Shown one piece after another: positions 1 through 8,090 of a stretch of 64,000 nt of DNA (positions within the stretch are counted from its first letter, which is position 1; the number at the start of each line of letters is the position of its first letter). The position numbers were made by a program, and so were the translations under genes. The notes under the pieces are model-generated. The model did not search any database. It worked only from the letters and a program-made list of their open reading frames with translations, and was not told the origin of the DNA. The DNA comes from a bacterium (lineage in GTDB: Bacteria; UBA8248). The stretch covers positions 192,001 to 256,000 of the forward strand of contig CBDBZY010000031.1 in NCBI GenBank assembly GCA_965213685.1, read 5' to 3'.

Positions 1-768
1 CACCCCCCCATACATCATGTCCGCCGCCAGGAAATCCCGGGCCGCGAAAATCCGGAAGCCCAGCCCCGCCTCGAGGGCGACTATCATCTCGCCCGTCACG
101 ACGATGCGCCAGGCGCGGCTGAAGGCAATGCGGTAGCCCGCGATCAGGCTCGGGAGCGCGCCCGGAACCATCACCTGGAAGAAGAGGGTCATTCCCTTCG
201 CGCCCATCGCCCTTCCGGCGCGGATGAGGGAGGCGTCCACGGTCTTGACGCCCGTCCAGGCGTTCACCATGACGGTGATCATGCCCTCGAACCAGAGCAC
301 GGAGATCAGGGTGAAATCGCTCAGCCCGAACCACAGGATGACGATGGGAAACAGCGCGAGGCCCGGCACGGCCAGGAAAAAGTACATCGGCGGCGCGAGA
401 ACCCGCTCCACCGTCTTGTTCATTCCCATGACCAGCCCGACCAGGGTTCCGGAGACGATGGCGAGGGCCGCGCCGATCAGGAGCCGGTAGAGGGAAACGT
501 AGATGTCGAGCCAGAGGATGCCGGACTTCGCCTGCTTCACCATCGTGAACCAGATGGTCTCCAGCGGCGGAAACAGGACGGGGTGCAGCGTCCCGGAGTG
601 CGCAAGCAGCTCCCAGAAGACGAGCAGGCCGATGAGGGGCGCGGCCATCTGCAGGAAGGCCTTGCCGGAGTTTCGCACCACCACGCCCCAGTTTGGCGGC
701 CCGAGCTTTCTCTTCTCGGTCCCCGGCGCTTCTGCGGTCTGATCCTGCGCTCTGTCGGCCGACGCCAC
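1..768 (-). CDS. ABC transporter permease, NitT/TauT/SsuC family (3' end beyond window)
   Basis: Not in ORF track; read manually. GTG at 768 after AAGGGAG, open to position 1; hydrophobic, with VPGALPSLIAGYRIAFSRAWRIVVTGEM typical of SsuC/TauC permeases. Confidence 0.88.
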   Translation of the reverse strand, partial: MASADRAQDQTAEAPGTEKRKLGPPNWGVVVRNSGKAFLQMAAPLIGLLVFWELLAHSGTLHPVLFPPLETIWFTMVKQAKSGILWLDIYVSLYRLLIGAALAIVSGTLVGLVMGMNKTVERVLAPPMYFFLAVPGLALFPIVILWFGLSDFTLISVLWFEGMITVMVNAWTGVKTVDASLIRAGRAMGAKGMTLFFQVMVPGALPSLIAGYRIAFSRAWRIVVTGEMIVALEAGLGFRIFAARDFLAADMMYGGV

Positions 769-790
769 GAAAACTCCCTTCCCTCTCGTC

Positions 791-2119
791 CTAGGTTTGA
801 AGAGCTTCTATTTGTCCGGGGGCGGGCAGGTTCGCGTGCGGGTCTTCGGGAATGATGGCCGGGTCCCTCTCCCGGGAGCAGAGGTCCAGCGCCGCCAGGG
901 CGTAGACCCTGGTCGCGTTCACCAGCGTCTGGACGTTGATGTGCTCGCCCATCTCGGCGTTCCAGCCGTAGCTGGTCGTCGTCGTATGGCCCGCCGGCCC
1001 ATACGTGATGGTCTGGATGCCGTAGCGGTTCATGTGGGCGCCGTCGAGATAGGAGGTCTTCAAGATGATGTTGGGTTTCTCTCCCATCACGTCCTCATGC
1101 GCCCGGATCATCGCCCGAGAGGGCAGGGAGTCGACGGGAATGCCGGAGGGGGGATGCGAGCAGAACACCTCCACCCGGGCCTCGATATCCGGATGCTCCC
1201 GGTTGGCCTGCGCGACGACCCCCTTGAACTCCGCCTGCACGTCCTGAATCTTTTGCCCCGGAACCAGGCGAACGTCCACGTACAGACGGCACTCCACGGG
1301 CGAGCGCGCGCAGCGATACGGCCACCCCCCCTCGATGGCCGCCACGTTGACGTGGGGACGCTCCCCCAGGAACTCGTTGCGCGACCGGTATTCGGGAATC
1401 CACCTGCGGATGGCCGCCTGCACCCTTTCCATCCGCTCGATGGCGCTGGCCGTATAGTCTCCGTAGCACGTATGCCCCATCAGCCCCCGCGTCGTGATCT
1501 TGAACCACACCGTGCCCCCGTGCCAGGGGGCGACCTGCATCCCGGTCGGCTCGCCGAGGATGCAGAAATCCGTCAGGTAGCCGTGCGAGATGAGGTGCCG
1601 GGTGCCGACGCCGTAGCCGTCGTAGAGGACGTCCTGATACTGATCGACGCGATTTTTCTCGATCTCCCCCACGACGGAGGCCAAAACGATGTCGCCCTTG
1701 AGCTCCACGCCGGCGTCCGCCAGCGCCTTCGCCGCGCCCAGGTAGGAGACGTCGGCGCTCTTCATGTTGAAGGCGCCGTTTCCGATGATCCAGTCGCCGT
1801 CGCGAATCGCCTTGTTCTTGTAGCCCGGCTGGGTGAGCTCCGGCTCCTCGCCGGAATAGGAGGTGTCCAGGTGGCCGTTGAACATCAGGGAATAGCCGCC
1901 GCCCGCACCGGGCGATATGCCGACCGCGTTGTAGCGGCCCTCGGCCACCTTCTGCAAATGCGCCTCGAAGCCGGCCTCCTCGTACTTCGCGTGCATGTAG
2001 CGGGCCGCCTCCTCCTCGGAACCGGTGGGACTCGGTATGTCCACAAGCTCCATCGTCGTCTTCACGAGAAAATCCTCGTCCACCGCTTCGACGACCTTTT
2101 TTTGCAACGCATCCATCAT
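791..2119 (-). CDS. M20 family metallohydrolase (ArgE/DapE-like), atypical metal site
   Basis: IPSPTGSE, FNGHLDT, GNGAFNMK, ILGEPT motifs; start may be the second Met (2116). Confidence 0.88.
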   Translation of the reverse strand: MMDALQKKVVEAVDEDFLVKTTMELVDIPSPTGSEEEAARYMHAKYEEAGFEAHLQKVAEGRYNAVGISPGAGGGYSLMFNGHLDTSYSGEEPELTQPGYKNKAIRDGDWIIGNGAFNMKSADVSYLGAAKALADAGVELKGDIVLASVVGEIEKNRVDQYQDVLYDGYGVGTRHLISHGYLTDFCILGEPTGMQVAPWHGGTVWFKITTRGLMGHTCYGDYTASAIERMERVQAAIRRWIPEYRSRNEFLGERPHVNVAAIEGGWPYRCARSPVECRLYVDVRLVPGQKIQDVQAEFKGVVAQANREHPDIEARVEVFCSHPPSGIPVDSLPSRAMIRAHEDVMGEKPNIILKTSYLDGAHMNRYGIQTITYGPAGHTTTTSYGWNAEMGEHINVQTLVNATRVYALAALDLCSRERDPAIIPEDPHANLPAPGQIEALQT

Positions 2120-2256
2120 GATTCCCGATTCTCCCTCTCAGACCGACACGGATTCGCGCGCATGCCCCGCGGCCCCCCTCCGGAGGGGGCAGATTCACAA
2201 CCCTCCGGAGGAGCGGAAAACCCGCGCTCGGGATTATCTAAAATCTCCCGCCTCAC

Positions 2257-3255
2257 TTACTTCATCAGCGCGAAGTAGGCGTTCTCCACCAGGGTGGTGT
2301 CGATGTGCTTCGTCACGTCAATGCGCTTGGGCAGCTTGCCCTTCTTCACGCTCACGTCGACGCCGTCCTGCACCTCCTTGATGTCCCTGTGCGTGATCAT
2401 CGCGCGGTCCCAGCGCATGAACCTGTACAGGTTGTTCTTCACCTTCTTCACGCTGAAGTCAAAGCCCTGGCTCTTCCAGAACTCCTGCACGATCTTCGCG
2501 GACTCATCGCGGCGGCGGTTCAGAAAGCGCATCGCCCGCACGTGGGCGTTCATGAAGCGCTGCGCGCCATCGGGGTTCTTCTCCCGGATGTAGGACCACG
2601 AACTCGTCAGGAAGACCGGGGAGGTGTAGCCCAGCAGGTCATCGTATTCCTTCGGCCCCATGACCATCCGGCCCAGGCCCTTGTCCACGATGATGGAGCC
2701 CCAGGGCTCCCAGGTCAGGCCTGCGTCCAGCGCGCCTCTCTCGAAGGCGGCCGGGAGCGAACCCGTCTTGGTGTTGCGGATCTTGAAGTCCTTGTCCGAG
2801 AGTCCGATGCGCGAGAGATACGTCATCCAGGTGGCCCAGGTTCCCGTGCCCATCTGCGCGCCGACGGTCTTTCCCCTGAGGTCCTTGACCGACTTGGTGG
2901 TCTTGTCCTTCACGGGGACGAGGACCATGTTCTGGTTCCCGTAGCGGTTCAGCGCGATGCCCACGACGTCCAGCCCGCGCGCCGCGATTTGGCCCACGCG
3001 CGAGCCGCGCGTGCTGATGATGTCGGCGGTGCCGCCGATCAGGGCGTCGATCAGGGCGCGGGGGCTCGTGACGCGACGCCGCACCTCCACCCCCTCGGCC
3101 TTGTAGAAACCCTTCTTCTCCGCAATATAGGGGATGGCCGCGTGCGAGGTGTTGTCGTGAATCAGGCGCAAGACGCCCTTCGCGGCCAGTGCGTTTGCGG
3201 TCCAGCCGAACACAGCGATAGTTGCCACCAACAACAACAGACCGAGGTTTTTCAT
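2257..3255 (-). CDS. ABC transporter substrate-binding protein, SsuA/NMT1/TauA family
   Basis: GAGGAGG RBS before MKNLG; Sec signal ending ALA; AEKKGFYKAEG, DLRGKTVG, DAGLTWEP motifs. Confidence 0.9.
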   Translation of the reverse strand: MKNLGLLLLVATIAVFGWTANALAAKGVLRLIHDNTSHAAIPYIAEKKGFYKAEGVEVRRRVTSPRALIDALIGGTADIISTRGSRVGQIAARGLDVVGIALNRYGNQNMVLVPVKDKTTKSVKDLRGKTVGAQMGTGTWATWMTYLSRIGLSDKDFKIRNTKTGSLPAAFERGALDAGLTWEPWGSIIVDKGLGRMVMGPKEYDDLLGYTSPVFLTSSWSYIREKNPDGAQRFMNAHVRAMRFLNRRRDESAKIVQEFWKSQGFDFSVKKVKNNLYRFMRWDRAMITHRDIKEVQDGVDVSVKKGKLPKRIDVTKHIDTTLVENAYFALMK

Positions 3256-3339
3256 CGTATCCTCCTCCACTGATTGAGGCTCCCCCACTCTCTGCACCAC
3301 GCAGAGAAAAAACGACCAAGGCCGGCGAGGAGCGTCCCC

Positions 3340-3684
3340 TCACTCTCGCGCCGGGTGAAATATCGCCAGCAGCCTTACGTCCCTCGTCCCTCCCGTCATG
3401 CTCCGGTGCCGCGTCTTGCGGGGCAGAAAGATGCAGTCTCCGCCCCGAAACTCGATGCTCCGATCCTCCAGCTCGTAGCGGCCTTCTCCCTCAATGACGT
3501 AGATGAATTCGTCCTCTTCGTGATCGTGCCATTCGTGCGTCTCGCCTGGCCGGAAGATCGTCAGCCAACCGTCGACGTTCCAACCGTGGTCTTCTTGGGA
3601 GGTCATCCGCCAGGCCTGCGCTCCGCCCTCGAGCACCTTGTGCTTCCCGGTCCGGGGCCTTATCAGACAAGCCTCTCGCGCCAC
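3340..3684 (-). CDS. Cupin domain protein
   Basis: HEWHDH..DEFIYVIEGEG and GDCIFLP...RH cupin motifs; GTG at 3684 follows GGAGG (alternative ATG 3702). Confidence 0.85.
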   Translation of the reverse strand: MAREACLIRPRTGKHKVLEGGAQAWRMTSQEDHGWNVDGWLTIFRPGETHEWHDHEEDEFIYVIEGEGRYELEDRSIEFRGGDCIFLPRKTRHRSMTGGTRDVRLLAIFHPARE

Positions 3685-3937
3685 CGGTCGCCTCCCCCCC
3701 ATCCGAACAGCCCGAGCCCGACTCCCCCCCCTCTAGAGGTGCTCACGCGCGCCGGCGCATGGGCGCACCGCGTCTGCAGAAAAACCTCCAGAGAAACTTC
3801 GCCGGCACCCATTCCCGGAGTCGAGAGGCGCATCCGCTACACCGAACGAACGGTTCCGACCCCTCCCCCCGGGCAACGAAATTCACGGCGATCTCGGCTA
3901 TCACATAGATATTTATAATATTGAGCGTATGCAGGTG

Positions 3938-3966
3938 CTTCTAGCACTTTCGGCGGGAGATGTCAA
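3938..3966 (-). promoter_or_regulatory. Putative sigma70 promoter for cupin/SBP/M20/permease operon
   Basis: TTGACA-17 nt-TAGAAG on minus strand next to an AT-rich patch. Confidence 0.45.
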
Positions 3967-4004
3967 CGCGGCGATCCCCCGCCGCCCTTATGTTTTCTAT
4001 GTTT

Positions 4005-5487
4005 TCATGTTTTCGCCGCGCGCCCCCGGCGGAAAATGCCATCGTAGAAGGTGAACAGCGAGACGATGAGCAGCAGGGTGCCGACGGGACTGGAAAGGAA
4101 GTGCCAAAACGGCTTGTTCTCGAAGGTGATCAGCGCCCTGCGCAGGTTCTCGTCCGCCAGGGAGCCCAGGATGACGGCCAGCACCATGGGCGCCAGGGGG
4201 AGGCCGAGACACCGGAGAAAGTAGCCGGCAAACCCCGCCGCCAGCATGACGTAGACGTCCACCATGCTCAACCGCACCGCGTACGCCCCCAGGATGCAGA
4301 TGGGGATGATGATGGGCATCAGCAGGGTGCGGGGCAGGCTGTAGAGCTTCACCGCCGGCTTCACCAGCAAGAGTCCGAACACGTACATCAGGAAGTTGGC
4401 CACGATGAGCGCCCCGTAGACGAAGTAGACGAGGCCGGGGTTCTCGATGTTGATGGTGGGGCCCATCACCACGTGCTTCAGCTCGAGGGCGGCCATGAAC
4501 GCCGCAGCCGGCGGGCTGCCCGGAATCCCCAGGGTCAGCGTGGGGAGGATGGTGCCGCCGATGCAAGCGTTGTTGGCCACCTCGCCGCAGACGATGCCCT
4601 CGTAGCTCCCCTTGCCGAACTTCTCGCGCTCCTCGGGCGATGCGCGGCGCTTCCCCACGTCGTAGGCGACGAAGGCGGCGATGTTCCCCCCCGCCCCGGG
4701 GATGGCTCCGATCACCGTGCCGATGATGCCCGAGCGCACCGACGATCGGGCATATCGCCACAGCATGGCGAAGGGGGGCACCACCCGGCCCACCTTCTCC
4801 GGAATCACGGGCGGCGCCTTCTGCGGGAGCACCCAGAGGACCTCGGTGAGTCCAAAAAAAACCGATGATCACCGGGATGTAGCTGATGCCGTCCTCGAGG
4901 AACACGTTGCCGAACGTGAAGCGCGGGACGCCGTACATGTTGTCGAGTCCGACGTAGGCGATGAGCAGCCCCAGCCAGCCGGATATCCAGCCCTTGAGGG
5001 GCGACTCGCCCGAGGTGAGCGTTCCGCAGATGGCGATCCCCCACAGCGCGAGGAGGAACATCTCCCAGGAGCGGAATTGCAGGGCGATCAGGAGAATGAG
5101 GGGGATGAACGCCACCAGCAGCAGGATGCCCACCCAGTTGCCCAGAAACGAGGCCACCAGCGCCGTGCCCAGCGCCAGGCCTCCCTCCCCTCTCTGGGCG
5201 AGGGGATGCCCCTCGATCATGGTGGGAACGGCGGCGGGCGTGCCCGGGATGTTCATCAGGACCGCGGTGATGGAGCCGCCGAAGACGCTCGCCGTGTAGA
5301 CGCCCAGCAGAAACATGATGGCCACGTCCTGGCTCATCTGGGCCGAGAGGCCGATGAGGAGCACCATGGACATGGTCGTCGAGATTCCCGGCATCGACCC
5401 CCAGAGAAGCCCCAGCATGGTGCCCAGGATACAGATGAACACCAGATACGGGTTCAGGGCGTGGATGACCTGCTCCAGGAAGAACAC
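4005..5487 (-). pseudogene. tctA: Tripartite tricarboxylate transporter permease TctA, frameshifted (possible sequencing error)
   Basis: N-half (GGSITAVLMNIPGTPAA) and C-half (GAIPGAGG, EVANNA, LTLGIPGS) are in different frames; removing one base from the A8 run at 4854-4861 restores IGFFGLTEVLW. Confidence 0.88.
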
Positions 5488-5490
5488 GCC

Positions 5491-6168
5491 CTACCCCGAC
5501 CCCGGCAGCGGGATGTGGAAGCCGTAGCGAAACGCGGCGGCGAGAATCATCGTTGAAGCCAGGGAAACGAGGAAACAGCGGAGAAAGGGCTTCGGCCAGA
5601 ACAGGCGGAGCACGACCGCCAGTGCGGGGATGGTGACCGCCTCGAAGCTGCTGAAGCCGAGCCACCATCCCGCAACCCCCAGCGGAACGGCGACCTCGAA
5701 CGTGACCCAGTCGATGAGCAGCACATACAGGACCACCATCCCCATCAGGATGATCGCCCACTGGTTCTCGTAATCGCGCAAGCCATACCGCAACCACGCC
5801 ACGGGGGAGACGCCCGGCCGCCCCGCCCGGCCCTCCCCCCTGACCCACCGGAGGGCGCCCGCCCCGAGGCCGGCGGCCATGGCCAGCAGGCTGAGGCCTG
5901 TCAGAAAGGGCATGAAGCCCGGAGCGGTGAAGACGCTCCCCCCGGGGTTGGGCATGAGGAGGCCGAGGATCATGGCGAGAACGGCGACTGCGCCCACGCA
6001 GAGCGCCGCCGCCAGGTCCTTCCCGCGGGGGATCGCCTCCAGCCCGTCCCGGGAGGCGGGAGCCGGCTCGCGCGATTCTTCCGGCGCATCCGCGGCCTCC
6101 CCGGCGGGCTGCGGGGTCTCCTCCCGTTTGTCATCGTTCCAGGAAACCATACCACTCTCTCCCGGCAT
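5491..6168 (-). CDS. tctB: Tripartite tricarboxylate transporter small membrane subunit TctB
   Basis: Hydrophobic, APGFMP motif, C-terminal F..GFHIPLP; lies between tctC and tctA. Confidence 0.8.
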   Translation of the reverse strand: MPGESGMVSWNDDKREETPQPAGEAADAPEESREPAPASRDGLEAIPRGKDLAAALCVGAVAVLAMILGLLMPNPGGSVFTAPGFMPFLTGLSLLAMAAGLGAGALRWVRGEGRAGRPGVSPVAWLRYGLRDYENQWAIILMGMVVLYVLLIDWVTFEVAVPLGVAGWWLGFSSFEAVTIPALAVVLRLFWPKPFLRCFLVSLASTMILAAAFRYGFHIPLPGSG

Positions 6169-6267
6169 ATCGCGAGGCGGGGGGGAGCGTGGCCTCCCCG
6201 AACGGACCGTCGCTTCTCTCGGGAGTCCGTCCGGGGGGCCGCGCCATGGCGCGGGGGCGCGCTCCCT

Positions 6268-7416
6268 CTAGCTCATGCGGGGCTTGTATCCCTTCGGCGG
6301 CCACCAGGCGTCAAAATCCTTCGGGTCGGGAAGGCCCAGCTCCTTGGGGCCGCGCACCTTCTTGCCGATGTGCTTCTGCAGCCGCAGGAGGGTCTTGGCG
6401 CTCAGGCACTCCAGCAGCGCGGCCCGGCGATCCGCGTCCGCGCCCACGCGAATGTCGCTCTGGAAGTACTTGCGCTTCGCTATCTTCCCGAACGACTCCG
6501 ATTTCGCCGCGGCGATCCACGCCGGCTTGATCTTCTCCAGCACCTCGACCGGCGTCTCCCGCTCGACGCCGATGCTGTAGGTTCCGCCCATGGGCAGCAG
6601 ACCCTGGAGTGCGGGCAGGAAGTTGCCCACGTTGGAGGCCTTCCCGTAGCCCGGAATGTCCAAATCCTTCGGTCCGGTGTGCATGAGGTTGCGGAGCTTG
6701 CCCGCCCGCAGGAACTCGACGTGCTCATGGACGCCGCCGCCGGCGATGTCCACCTCGCCCTGCAGGCCGGCGACCGTGGCGGGCTTTCCGCCCTTGTAGG
6801 GGACGAACCGCAGCTCGATGCCGGCGGCGTCCGCGACGATGGCGCCCACCTCATGCCAGATGCTGCCCACGCCCGAGGTGGAGATGGTGAGCTTGCCGGG
6901 GCGCTTCTTGGCGGCGGCGATCACGTCGCCGAAGCTCTTGAAGGGGGAGTCGGGGCGCACCGACCAGCTCGCCAGCGAGGTGGCCGCGCCGAAGTGCTGC
7001 CAGTCCATCCACGCCGCGGAATCGACATACCCCATGGGCCGGACGAACTTGTTGTAGTTCGCGGCGCCCAGCCAGGTGTAGCCGTCGGCCGCCTTGTTGA
7101 GGACGTAGCGGGTGGCCACTCCGCCGGAGGAGCCGGGACGGTTGATGACGTTCACGCGCCAGCCGGTGGTGCGGGCCATCTCTCCCACCAGGGTGCGAAT
7201 GACGGTGTCGGTGCCGCCGCCCGCCGCGTACATGACCACCGTGGTGATGGGCCGCTCGGGCCAGCCTGCGGCGCCGGCCTTGCGCGAGGTGAGCACCATC
7301 GGCGCCATGGCCGCGGCGCCTGCGGCGCCAAGGGTGCGGATGAAGCCCCTGCGCGTGATATCGGACGCTTCGGGAACGATGATCCCGGGGTGCTCGTGCG
7401 ACTCTTTTCTGGACAT
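6268..7416 (-). CDS. tctC: Tripartite tricarboxylate transporter substrate-binding protein TctC/Bug with Tat signal
   Basis: GGAGGAGG RBS; TRRGFI twin-arginine signal; WPERPIT, AAGGGTD, NRPGSSG, VPYKGG motifs. Confidence 0.9.
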   Translation of the reverse strand: MSRKESHEHPGIIVPEASDITRRGFIRTLGAAGAAAMAPMVLTSRKAGAAGWPERPITTVVMYAAGGGTDTVIRTLVGEMARTTGWRVNVINRPGSSGGVATRYVLNKAADGYTWLGAANYNKFVRPMGYVDSAAWMDWQHFGAATSLASWSVRPDSPFKSFGDVIAAAKKRPGKLTISTSGVGSIWHEVGAIVADAAGIELRFVPYKGGKPATVAGLQGEVDIAGGGVHEHVEFLRAGKLRNLMHTGPKDLDIPGYGKASNVGNFLPALQGLLPMGGTYSIGVERETPVEVLEKIKPAWIAAAKSESFGKIAKRKYFQSDIRVGADADRRAALLECLSAKTLLRLQKHIGKKVRGPKELGLPDPKDFDAWWPPKGYKPRMS

Positions 7417-7654
7417 GACGACCTCCTCCGATTGAGATGAAACGACCGCCCGGGGACAGCGTGGCGGCCGACTACAACCCCACCCGACACACGATTCATG
7501 CGGCGCTTTCCGGCCGGCCTCACTTTCCATCCGGCCGGCCATTACTACGTCGATGCTTTCTCCGCGATGCCCCATCCTAGCGCAAAGAGGAGACGCCGCG
7601 CAACCGGCGGCGCCCGGCACTGGGAGGAGGGAAAGCGCGCCGAAACGGCGGCCG

Positions 7655-8035
7655 CTAGCCGCAGTGTATCGCGCGCACGCGCCCGTCGGCCTCGAGGACG
7701 ACGTTCATCCGCTCGGGCCGATGATCCGCCGTGATCCGGCTGCCAAAGGAGTACACCCGCAGAGGCTGCGGCAGGGCGGCCGTGTCCACCTCCCCTATCG
7801 GCCGTCCGACCATCGCCTGGTATCGCGCGGCGGCGCACGTCCCCTTGCCGGCGGGCGCGGGGCGCGCCCTTTTCTTCGCCGCCTCCTTGCCGGGCGGGCG
7901 GGATTCGGCAACCCTGCCCGCTCCGGGGGCCGCAACGGCCGCGCAGCCCGAGAGCAGCCCTCCCGACAAGAGGAGCGGCATGATCCTGCGGCAGAGCACC
8001 CTCCCGCACCGGCGCATCGTCCCTCTCCTCTCCAT
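7655..8035 (-). CDS. I78 family peptidase inhibitor, lipoprotein
   Basis: Lipobox LLSGC; C-terminal CAAARYQAMVG...RITADHRPERMNV......V....CG signature; start uncertain. Confidence 0.8.
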   Translation of the reverse strand: MERRGTMRRCGRVLCRRIMPLLLSGGLLSGCAAVAAPGAGRVAESRPPGKEAAKKRARPAPAGKGTCAAARYQAMVGRPIGEVDTAALPQPLRVYSFGSRITADHRPERMNVVLEADGRVRAIHCG

Positions 8036-8090
8036 GCGTCCGTCCCCGCGAAAGGCGCGCCGCGCGATTCGCCCGACGCGCGGGCCGTTC

